64,000 nt of DNA from Ginglymostoma cirratum (lineage: Eukaryota), in NCBI GenBank assembly GCA_024137785.1, contig JAHRHZ010000031.1:8183582-8247581 (forward strand), in the 5' to 3' direction. How positions within the stretch are numbered: the first letter of the stretch is position 1; every line of letters begins with the position of its first letter. Made by a program: the position numbers and the translations under genes. The notes beneath the pieces are model-generated. The model was not told where the DNA came from, made no database searches, and was given only the letters and a program-made list of their open reading frames with translations. Of the stretch, positions 53,776-64,000 are shown piece by piece.

Positions 53776-55429
53776 CTTCACCTCCAGCTGGTTGAAGAAA
53801 ATGACATCCTCAAATCTGAAAGGTGCCAAACATTAAATTTGGAAACAATATCCAAAAAGCACAAACCGTCATAACATTTAAGTAGTAATTAGATGGGCAC
53901 TTGAGATGCAACGCCAACTGTGGAAGTCGTCAATTCTGAATACTGATGTGGCCTGAAAGTAGCTAAAAGAATTTCATGGCATAGAAAATGAAGAAAGTGA
54001 TGTGTTAGTGAGGCCATGGCTGGAATACTGCGTGAACATCTGGGATTCACATTGTAGGAAGAATGTGATTGCACTGGAGACGATACAAAAGAGATTTACC
54101 AGGATGTTGTTGGAGCTGGAGAGTTTTAATTATGAAGAGATTAGATAGACTGGGTTGTTTTCCTTGGGGCAGAGGAGACTGATGGGTTACTTGATTAAGA
54201 TGTATAAAATTATGAGGGGCATGGACAGAGTCGACAGGAAGAACCTCTTCCCCTTGGTGGAGGCGTAGATTTAAAGCCAAGGAGAATGAGAATTAGAGGA
54301 GGTGTGAGGTAAAAACATTTTCACCCAGAGATTGCTGAAAATTTGGAACTTACTGCCTGCAAGGGTGGTAGAAGCTAAACCCTCATAACATTTAAATAGT
54401 ACTTAGATGTGCACTTGAGATGCAAAGACATACAAGGCTTGGGCCAAGTGCTGGAAAACAAGATTAGAATAGTTCGGTGGTTGTTTCTGACTGGCATAGA
54501 CTCAATGGACTGAAGAGCCTTTTTCTGAACTGGGGATCTCTGTGGATGTATGGCTATGAGCCTCAATGCCATTGGTCAGGTAGCACAAATGGTAGACTGC
54601 AGGCAAGCAGTGGCCAAACAGTTCTTGGCATCCTAGGCAAACCAAGTCTTTTCCCTCACTCTCATATATTCAACATATAGCAAAATGATAAATCCACAAT
54701 GAAATTTCACTTCTATTTATTTGGCAAAGTCTAATTTGATGGCCCTTAAAACCTGGCACTCAGGTGACCATCTATTTTGCCTATTTAGTGGGTCCAGCCC
54801 TGCTGTAAATTCACTCCAGGTCTTCCTGCCAAGGTGACGTAGCTCAATTACAGTTACAGTCTCATTAAGACTAAAACTGGAGGAACCATGATTTAGAACA
54901 GCATTAATGCCAGTGGGAAGGACTAAACTTGTTTCCCATTTATATTTCTATATTTTTTCAGTCAAGTGAGGAAAATAATGGTTTGCATAACACGAATAAT
55001 GGCATTACTCACTTCAACATATGAAGAATGTTTATCGCAATGACTTACACAAACTCCACCCTCAGAGCAGCATAACATGTTCATATGCACAAATGATTGA
55101 ATGACTGTTATAACCATGTTAAAAAAGGAACATGCTGTCCAGTGTTTTAATAATGGACACTCAATACCTCTGCTAACAATCTTAAGACCCTGACTACAAG
55201 ACACATTGTTGGTGGATTATAACAAATGCATTTATGCCAAAATCAAAAGATTTGTAAGTTTCATTATGCATTCACAGAAAACTTCACATTTGTTGTTATT
55301 TTGATTCTAAAGATTGCTGGAATTTGACTGTTTAAAAGACTTCACCTCCAGCTGGTTGAAGAAAAAGACATCCTCAAATCTCAAAGGTGCCAAATATTAA
55401 ATTTGGAAACAATATCCAAGAAGCAAAAA
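53776..55429 (+). repeat. 90-bp direct duplication 53776-53865 / 55340-55429
   Basis: cttcacctccagctggttgaagaaaa.gacatcctcaaatct.aaaggtgccaaa.attaaatttggaaacaatatccaa.aagca occurs twice. Confidence 0.95.
54050..54530 (+). mobile_element. CR1 LINE 3' fragment
   Basis: aggaagaatgtgattgcactggag...gatttaccaggatgttg...ggcatagactcaatggactgaagagcc. Confidence 0.85.
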
Positions 55430-56289
55430 GTCAACTGCTGCATTTACCATATCACTCAAGTATATCATAAGAGATTTGCTAAGAAGGAAGCCTTTTGCAT
55501 GAAAGACGCAGACTATTCAACAAATCTATTTTTAAGTAAACTAAAGAGTCTAACTAATCCCACGTTTGCAGTGCCGTTCCAAAACATGAACTGTAAAGAT
55601 TAATTAGATTACACGTTACAGTAATGCCCACTACCAAAATTTGCACAGCGCTGTTGGAAGGTAAAGGAAAAAGATCGAAGAAGGATAAGACTATGGACTG
55701 GGGAAATGAATTGGAAAACTGGTGTCTGGTTACCTTGCCCTGAAACCAGTGATGTTCCAACAGCTCCTGAGAGCTGTACAAATCGTGTTTACAGCTGTGC
55801 AAACGGTTTCTGACGATGTAGATGTAGCCTCAAAGGAAAAAGAAATGGTCGGATCCTTTGGAAAGCACAAGTTGGCTCCATAGAAATGCGAAACCCCTGC
55901 AATTAATTCATATTTTTATGCCATGTCTGAGGACTCACAAAACGCAGGCAGTGAATGTGCTCTGATCGTCCTGCTTGTTGCATTCAGTCTGGAGTTGTTG
56001 CAATGATCACGCTGTTGCCAATGCTCATAAGCGAGGTATTTGAGCATAAATATAGAAAAAGATGGGGTCTCTTTACAAAATCCAAATCTAATGACGTTTC
56101 CCGAGTACAGTGTCAATAAGGAGGGTCCTTTTCACGAATGCTTCCACCACGATTAAGTTTTCTTTTACAAAGCGGTGGCATATATGTCGGGGGATGAGCT
56201 TAAAATAAAACTTAACAAGTCACCCTGCCTGTGGGTATGGTTTTTTATCTCTTTGCCCACCTCTGAGCAGTTGCTTTAATGGTTCTTAC

Positions 56290-56650
56290 TGGGAATACCT
56301 TCTTGGTAACTCGGACACGAGATTAATAAATGCACCGTCTGTTTTGTTTTGAGGGGGTGGGTAGGGGGGTAAAAAAGGAATTCCCTGGAAATCCCACGCA
56401 CATACGTCCGTCAGAAACATTTTCGCGGCAGGGACGAATTCCTCGTGTGTTTTCTGGATCAGCTCCACGGATCCCAAAAAGCAAGTCGAGCCCCTTCCTG
56501 TCTAGTTTCACAACAAAAACACACGCTCGCATCGGCTCTGCAATCCCTGAGCAGCCCTGGCGGATCAGCACGGCTCCGAAAAGAAACGAGGGGAGAGACA
56601 GCGAGAGAGAGAGACAGAAGGCGAGCTGGCTAACACAGCCAGCTGTGAGG
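56290..56650 (-). other. Candidate alternative first exon (non-coding); TSS uncertain
   Basis: CpG-rich; pyrimidine (TC)n tract at the 5' end; donors CCA|GTAAGA (56290) or AAG|GTATTC (56299). Confidence 0.45.
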
Positions 56651-56761
56651 TAGCCTGGACTCACTGAGTTTTGCCTGGAAACCCAAAGCAAACCTACAAC
56701 CATCCTTCCAAACTAAAGCATTATCAAAGAACTCGGCACTTAAATGAACCTGCCGCTGGAT

Positions 56762-56775
56762 CTAGCAGGGGGCAG
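56762..56775 (+). promoter_or_regulatory. CTCF core motif
   Basis: CTAGCAGGGGGCAG is a one-mismatch match to CCASYAGRKGGCRS. Confidence 0.6.
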
Positions 56776-57052
56776 TCGGTAGGATTGTTTTTCTTGAAAT
56801 AACAAGCAGCCAGCGCATCCTGTTCAAGTGAGCTTTCCAGCAGTAAGAATTACTGTGTGTGTGTGTTTTTGTAAAATATGTAATAATCAATGTGAATATC
56901 ACAATATATTTATACGCCAGCATTTGATCAGCAGAGTGTTAGGATGCCTTGCCAGAAATCTTTGCTGTCAGTCCAGCCCATTCCAACATACGTCCTGTCA
57001 TGGTCATTTTCTAATTCTGTTTATAATGATGCGACTGCCTTGTAAACCTTAC

Positions 57053-57290
57053 CTTCCATGCCAGCTGCTCAGTCAGTCAGCCCATCAGGCTCGCAGCCGA
57101 AATACATCAGAATAGTGCAAAGCGGTATCCTGTCCCTGCATCTGTCATTTTCCTGAGAGCATTCTATTACCGTCGGCTGGTGCGAGCCCGGAAGTCTATT
57201 TGAATTCCAGCAGCCACTCTCTGACATGATTCAAGTTAAACTAGGTGGCCATGCCGAACGTGAGCCTCGCCGGAATTGTTATGCAGCTGC
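57053..57290 (-). other. Candidate alternative first exon ending in ATG-GAA-G; TSS uncertain
   Basis: Minus strand gctggcATGGAAG|GTAAGG: strong Kozak context (G-3, G+4) and a near-consensus donor (GT at 57052-57051). Confidence 0.55.
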
Positions 57291-57555
57291 TATATGCCTG
57301 GCGTCACAGCTCCCCATGTCCTGCTCAGGGCTTGTCACTCCAACTAATCCCGGCACTCAATGAGAAAAGCACCTGAACCCCAAGGACAAATGCCATTTAT
57401 CAGATCGCAGCCTTCGTAGGTGACAATGAACAGCTAGCAAAACAAAGGTGACAAAAAAGGATTGCATTCTCTATCGCAATTGGAGAAAACTGAAACCATT
57501 TGTTATTCCCACCCACACACCACCCCCCCCACAACACAGTAATTGTAAGACTTAC

Positions 57556-57670
57556 CAAAGCTACAAATCAAAATAGAAATAATGAAGTGTGTGCTGTGCA
57601 CAGTCTTTCAAACTCAAAAGGTTTGTGCACTCGTGAAAGTGAATTGATTCCAGTTTAAGTTTGGTGCCCA
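57556..57670 (-). other. Candidate upstream alternative first exon
   Basis: Donor TTG|GTAAGT (GT at 57555-57554), ~120 bp downstream of a GC box. Confidence 0.35.
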
Positions 57671-58129
57671 GACTTTGAGGGCGGGAGTGTTACGGGAGAA
57701 GGGGTAGTTTAGGAGCTTTACCTTCACTACTTTAGATGATAAATGGACAGTGTTAGTGCTTATTCCTTATAAAATGCACCAAGTTTCATTGCCACGGAAA
57801 ATGACAATAAAAATGTACTGTGTTGCTGCTCCATTCCATTGATGTACTGTTGTAATAATCAAAATGAAAATTATTCCCATGCCACTTTCACATAGCCTGT
57901 TTCATGCTAGTGATATACTGGTATCTCTCACCAGTCTCAACCACCAGCTTCATTTGGCAACACACTTGTTTCAGAATTTTGAGGAAAATGCACATAAATC
58001 ATGTGACATGCTGCAATGTCCAGTTTTGAGGGGATGCTGTATTTTCAAAACCAGAATTCCAATAGGATTAAATGATCTGTTTAGTTAAATATCCCAGAAT
58101 ATTATTCACTGAAGAGAAGAGATTTGACC

Positions 58130-58325
58130 CAGTATCCTGTCCAACTTTCATCCCTCAATGAACATCAACAAAACTGGTCTATCATTTCTTTGCTACTTGT
58201 GAAATCTTGCTGTGGTTAAGTGGATCATTTTATCTGCCAACAGGTATCAGTGACTAAATTCAAAACTAGTCCATTGGATGCAGTGAAACATTCTGGCAAT
58301 ATGAAAAGTCCTATATAAGTACTTG
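58130..58325 (+). mobile_element. Ancient DeuSINE/SacSINE-like 3' part
   Basis: atccctcaa...catcaacaaaa...ttgctacttgtgaaatcttgctgtg...gaaaagtcctatataagtac resembles the Deu-domain SINE body and tail; similar tails at ~14550-14575 and ~27060-27120 (minus). Confidence 0.5.
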
Positions 58326-58744
58326 CCTATCCTTGCTACTGTACATGCCAACATGTCACTATTGGGGAACTACCCAGTGCATCACTGCAGGTGTCTCTCA
58401 TATTTCAGTATCCCAGTGTCTGTTTATCTCCTCCAAGCCAACAGCTCTCAGATATCTGCACTCACTTAATTCTAGCCCCTTGAGCATCCTGATCTTGATC
58501 ACTTCATCCTCAGTGCATGTGCTTTCATTTCCCTTCACCGTAATCTCCAAATTTCCATCCCCAAATGTTTTTGCCTTCAACTTTGTTCTCCTCCTCTTTG
58601 ACAAAGTTTTTGGTCATTGGATATAATATTGTCATATTTTGTTTGATATTGCTCCTGGGAAATGTTAGGGGATATTTGATTGTGTTAAAGATACAAATGA
58701 GTTGCTGTTTCGTCAGTACTGGACAGCTGTCTAATGCATAACTA

Positions 58745-58875
58745 CCTAAAAACATTCCAATGCGCCTCTACAAGAAAACTGTTTCAAAGCTGTCCAATGT
58801 ACAAGAAACGATGTACAGTCCAATGGACAATGAGCAAAGAACTGTTCAATGTACAAAACCAAGAAACTGTCCAAC
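58745..58875 (+). repeat. Degenerate short tandem repeat (approx. actgtccaatgtacaagaa)
   Basis: Repeated tgtccaatgtacaagaaa / agtccaatggacaa / tgttcaatgtacaaaa / actgtccaa units. Confidence 0.5.
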
Positions 58876-58904
58876 ACACCATTAGCATCTTACCAATTGG
58901 AGCA

Positions 58905-59990
58905 TCAAGGAGCCTGAAAAAAATGGGGTCAATAGGCTTAGGGAGAAAACTCGATGAGTTGGAGTCATATTTAGTGCAGGGGAAGATAGTTATGGTTGAT
59001 GGAAGTGAATCATCTCAGGACATCTCTCTTGGGATTCTTCAGAAGTGTGTCCTAGGCTCAACCATTTTGAGCTGTTTCAATGACCTTCGTTCTATCATAA
59101 AGGTCTGAAGAAGTGATTTTAGCTGATGATTACAAAATGTTCAGCAGCATTTGTGACTCCACAGATACTAAAGCAGTCCATGCCAAAATTCAACCAGATC
59201 TGGACAATATTCAAGTTTGGCTGACAAGTGGCAAAAAACATTTGCACCACACAGTGCCATGCACTATCCATCTCTAAAAAAAAGAGTCCAACTATTGCCT
59301 CTTGACATTCGATGGCATTAACATTGCTGAATCTCTAATTATCAACATTCTGGGGGTTATGGCTGAGTAGAAACTTAACTGGACTAATTATATACACATA
59401 GTGATTACAAGAACAGGTCAGTAGCTAGGAATCTTCCAGAAAATAACTCACCTCCTGACTTCCCAAAGCCTGTCATTATCTACAAGGCTCGAGTCAGAAG
59501 TGTGATGGAATAGTCTCCATTTGCCTCAATGATTGCAGCTCCAACACTCAAGAGGTTTGACAACATCCTGGTCAAAGCAGCCTGCCCTCTACTACCTTCA
59601 GCACCAAACGTACGGGGGAACAATGTACTATCTACAATATTCACTGCAGTAACTCACCAAAGCTCTTTTGACAACACCTTCTAAACCAGGGAACTCTTTC
59701 TAGCTTGAAGTAGAAGCACAGCAGATACTTTGGAACACCCCCATCACCTGTAACTTCCCCTACAAACAAGACACCATTCCGACTTGGAACTATATCACTG
59801 TTCTTTCACTGTTGCTGGGTCAAAATCCTGGAACTCGCTCCCAAATAGCACGGTGGGTGCCCATACACATGAACAACATTTGCTCAAGAAGGCAGCTCAC
59901 CATTGTCTGTGCAAAAGGCATTTAGGGATGGGCAATAACTGCTGGCTTAACCAGATACACCCACAACCCATCAATGATTTTTTATTTAAA
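58905..59990 (+). mobile_element. Degenerate LINE (CR1 group) RT fragment with 3'UTR
   Basis: LESYL...GILQKCVLGSTILSCFNDL, then gctgatgat (ADD), tggctgacaagtggcaa, tacaaggctcgagtcagaagtgtgatggaata. Confidence 0.85.
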
Positions 59991-61121
59991 AGCCCAATCT
60001 TGAATGCTATCCAAGTTTTACTATATTTAGAGATGGACTACTTCAGTATCTGAGGAGTTGTGAATGTTACTGAATATTGTTTACTGATATCTGCACATCA
60101 CCACCTCCGACCTGATGATGGAAGGTAGGTCATCAGAGAAACAGCTAAAGTTGATAGACCCATGACTCCAGCTTTACTGAGGTCCCCTGCTGCCACTCTG
60201 CCTTGTTACCTTGATGTTAAGGGCAGTCTCCACAAATTAGCACAAACACCTGTCATGAAAAAAGTTTGTGTTTTTTTTTGGTTTTAGTTCATCCTTAATA
60301 CACCATCATTCAAAGTCCAAATAACCCCAACTGAATCAGTTCTATGTACTGTATGTATTGATGTCCAGACCAGCACAACAGCGTTGTCATAACAGCAACA
60401 TGCCACAAATCGTTATCAATGGTTTGAAAAAAAAACTATTCTGCTTTGAAGGCACTAATTGAGTACGAAATAGAAGCAATGTGTCAGAATTACTGACAAC
60501 ATTTTGAAATTTGTCACATTTTCATTTGTTGTTATATCAAAAACATAATCAGAAATCACTACGAATTGAAAAATAAAAGAAAGCATTACTTGGGTTATAG
60601 AGTTAAGCTTCTTGAAGTGAAGAAGACATACTGAGAAACTATGTTTCAAAGAGGAAACATGGTAGACTACAGCCAGAATATTTTCTGTACATAAATTCCA
60701 CTTACAAATCTGTCACACAATAAAACAAGCCTCAACTCTGCAATTCACCATCGTGTTGGAAATAGAGTTACAACTGTTAGGGTTCAACCCTAAAAAAAAT
60801 AGCTTCAACTTTTCCAATGCTGGCAAGTAGTTCTGCCAACTTCAGTCAGGCAGTGGAATTCTACTCCATTGGAAACCAGTTATCTCCTCCAATCTCCGTG
60901 TTCTTAAGCGATTTTTAACGGTCAAGGACAAAGCCTGGCCAATTTCGGCCAGTCCCAGATCAATGCAGCATGAGTACGAATCTGCCAAATGACTCAATAC
61001 CTATAAACAGTCAGGAACTAGTACCTGAAAGGACTCCAATACATTGTGATTGCAGGAACTACCCAACACGCTACCTATGACTGATCACTGCATACTACAA
61101 AAAGTCAGATGAATGCTAAAT

Positions 61122-61255
61122 TAAAATAAAAAAAACTGCAAATGCTGAGCATCTGAAACAAAAACAGAAAGTGCTGGAGAAACTCAGCAGATAAGTCGGC
61201 AAATGTTGAGAGAAAGCAGTGGTAATGTTTCATGTCTAGTGACCTTTCTTCACAA
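61122..61255 (-). mobile_element. Short Penelope-derived element
   Basis: aactgcaaatgctgagcatctgaaacaaaaacagaaagtgctggagaaactcagcag...aatgtttca. Confidence 0.7.
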
Positions 61256-62357
61256 CCCAGTTTTTCAGCAATTTATGTTTTCCCAACAGATGAAGTCACA
61301 GTACCATATCCACCAGTGGACTATCACATAGAACTCTTTTGCCCAATTATCATGGCCGTTCACATCCTTCCATATAGCTATAGATTGAATAAATGTGTTT
61401 CTACAATTACTTTATACTTCATAATCTCATTCCAGAAGTATTAGGAGTATTATTAAAGCGAAGCATCATTTTGCTTTCCGCTGTAGAATATCATGAAGCT
61501 GTCAGATGCTTAGCTCAGTTGAAGATTGCAAATAAATCACCAGCCAGCAGAATATAGTATAACCCACTTATGTTGAAACCTTTGAGCACGAACTTCAGTC
61601 AAACCATATATAACTCAGAAAAGGAACATTTTTATTTAACAGAAAGGTCAATATGAAAATAAGAATCTAAGAGGTGCCTTGTGGAATACACTAATAGGAA
61701 ATTAATTTGCAAATTGCTTTCCTTCCTCTTACACATCCTTGTATTTGGCCAAGGTATCCACATGTTGGCCTGCCAGAAGCCACAGCTGAGCAATACGTAA
61801 CAGGAAATTTCTCTTTCATGAACCAGTTAACTTCCTTTCCTAAATAATCCAAATGTAGGCTGTTAAAGCAGTCATGACAATCTTCTTTAATTGCAGCTCC
61901 TACTCCACATTGGCATCATAGCTACAATGTGACAGACAGAAACATAATCAGAGCTAATGAAAGGAACGATCCATGAAAATTCATCAGAAATATTTCCATG
62001 TACTAAATAACAACTTAGACTTCTGAGGTTATCTAAGTGCTCCTATGTACCTTATTCCACTTGGCCTGTTCATTTTCTTCTGTCATATGGAAGAATTCCG
62101 TTGAGGAAACACCATGTCACATTGTTACCAGCAAGTCAAAAATCCACAATCCAAGTATATTATTAGCAATGCAGACTGCGGAGTACAGAGAACCCCATGT
62201 TTGATGGAAAGATATTGTGATATATGTTTTCTTCTCACAGTTGAACAGCATCCTATTGTTGTCTCATTGATGTTTGGCTCAACAACTGTCAGTAGAAATT
62301 ACTCAGCACTATTAACTAAAAATTTATCAATGCTAAGAAATGCTTGTGAAGATTCTT

Positions 62358-62452
62358 GTGGCACACGGGTAATGGTCCTACCTCGAAATCAAAAGAGCTG
62401 GGTGCAAGTCACACCTGCTCCAGAAGTGTGCCATAACATGTCTGAATCAGGA
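62358..62452 (+). mobile_element. tRNA-derived SINE head fragment
   Basis: gtggcacacgggtaatggtcctacctc...ctgggtgcaagtc (A/B-box like). Confidence 0.45.
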
Positions 62453-64000
62453 TTTTCTTTTAAAAAGGATGAATTGCAGCTGAGGAAGACAGTACTGGAT
62501 TTTCACAATCTGGACATTTACAAGACAATGATCACTTGGGTGAGACAGTGAAGGGTGCCTCAGTTTGCAGATTTGCCTAACTGCCTTTTCAGAAGAGAGA
62601 GGGGAAAAAAATTAAAAATAATCTATGCAACAAAACCAATTAATCAGCACACACCATTATAATTGGCTGTTTGCAATAAAGTGATTCAGAATTTTCATAA
62701 TTACTTTGACCTCTTTTGCATCTCCTGTGATCTTCAGAGTTTTCCTTCATTAATGCAATTAATCACACATGTATTACTGCTGTTACTGTTTTCAAAGGAA
62801 AATCTGACATTACATATTTTACAAACACATCTACAAAGTATAACTCTTGTAGTAATACTTAAATGCAGCCCCATTTGTAGACAGAGCAACATCCAAATAT
62901 TTGCGAACAGACATCCAAAAATGTGAACCCAAAACACAAAGAGGCTTCTGTACATTTAAAATGTCAATTTACACATAATTTAAGAAAGTGAAAGACAAAT
63001 CATGTTACTTTGAAATTGTTTCTGCAAAGAAAACATTTCAGTGGCATTACAAAATCTGAAAATCTCTCATGGCATTTCAGGTGCCCAGCTACCACCTAAA
63101 AAAAAGGGTCATTACGTGCTCCATTATTCTTTAGTCATGATTGCTAATATCAGTGAATTAATTGCTATTATTAACATTTGGTAATCTTGTGGAGGGATGC
63201 TCAAGTTTCACATGTTATATTAGAAATATGTATAACAGTGCAAGGAACTGAAGTCTGATAACCATCTTACACTTACATCTCATATTTAAATAGCAGGCAT
63301 AACTCAACAACACAAGCAGCATTCATGCACAGCCCGCACAGAGACTGAAATCGCAAAAGGTAAGATCCCTTCATTGCTTGGGAAAGATAACAACACTATA
63401 CTACCAGGGAGATATGACCCAAAGGCAACAGTTGTCTGGTAGTGGTACTGAGCTGCTCAATATCTTTAATTTCAAATGCTGAGAGTATCAGAATGGGGAT
63501 AACAGAGACAATGTTGGGATACCTACAAGAAGTCCCAATTTCTATATTGGAATCCCAAAACAGAAAAAAGATATGACATTTTTATATTTTTATATTTTTA
63601 TTAATTATAATTTTTATAGTTACCATTTGTGATGAAAACTTCAAAGGCCAGTTAGCTCAGTTGATTGAGATTCAGAATGGCAGTGGTTCAGTCTTGTCTC
63701 TTAAAGTTGCTCCATTGTGATATACAAATAACTAAGCCATAATGAACAACTTTTGGATGACCAAGGACGTTATATGGGTACTTATGAAGTTCTAATGTGT
63801 GGCTCCTGACTCTAAGTATCCCGCACACATCTTTGGTTCTGCAATGCTCAGAATAAAACAAGGAAACTTGACACGCTGAAATTCCCACAACATGTATAAA
63901 CAGAGATTCACAATTGCTGTAGAGGCTTCTTGGCTTGACTCTTCACATTGGTGTTACATAAAATGGCTCTCATACCACATGAGCAAAGATGTATTTTGAT

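Larger units (their letters stand above)
55600..57700 (-). promoter_or_regulatory. CpG-enriched, repeat-free promoter/first-exon region
   Basis: CpG density is visibly far above the rest of the window. Contains a GC box gagggcgggag (~57677-57687), ETS ccggaagt (57188-57195), a CRE-like tggcgtca (~57299-57306), a GA tract and three minus-strand donors. Confidence 0.7.

Noticed and set aside
56455-56475. RE1/NRSE-like atcagctccacggatcc
   Set aside because: The right half-site (GGACAGCGCC) is not matched.
56323-56703. Overlapping 107-126 aa ORFs in the CpG-rich region
   Set aside because: Low-complexity, GC-driven open frames with no recognisable domain; better explained as 5'UTR/promoter.
58745-58875. 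Repeat-spacer-like pattern
   Set aside because: Degenerate minisatellite in vertebrate DNA with irregular units; not CRISPR.
60777-60793. ttagggttcaaccctaa, an inverted telomere-like palindrome
   Set aside because: Only one repeat unit per side; not an interstitial telomere fusion signature.
62114-62551. 145-aa plus ORF upstream of the promoter
   Set aside because: Runs through a SINE head, shows no domain similarity and has no splice support.
63646-63690. ggccagttagctcagttg...tggttcag as a tRNA gene
   Set aside because: A-box only, no cloverleaf; a degenerate SINE head.

Overview
Eukaryotic, AT-rich, repeat-dense DNA. The HE1-type V-SINEs, CR1/HER1 LINEs and short palindromic Penelope-derived elements point to a shark (elasmobranch) genome; that assignment is inference. 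No host protein-coding exon can be supported. The only long ORF (24615-25789) is the reverse transcriptase of a young CR1 LINE broken by a 100-N gap. The window most plausibly covers the 5' part of an unidentified minus-strand gene. A CpG-enriched promoter region at ~55.6-57.7 kb carries three candidate alternative first exons and a CTCF motif. It is followed by a ~56 kb intron with possible extra 5' exons near 11.9 kb and 4.1 kb, and then an acceptor at 221/220 opening a uORF-containing exon that runs off the window's left edge. The intron holds many CR1 fragments, a decayed Gypsy element (~42.3-46.3 kb), two related solo-LTR-like elements, Harbinger relics and Penelope-derived elements with minimal hammerhead-ribozyme cores. 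It also contains four short local duplications (one inverted, three direct). Repeat boundaries were set by eye and are approximate.
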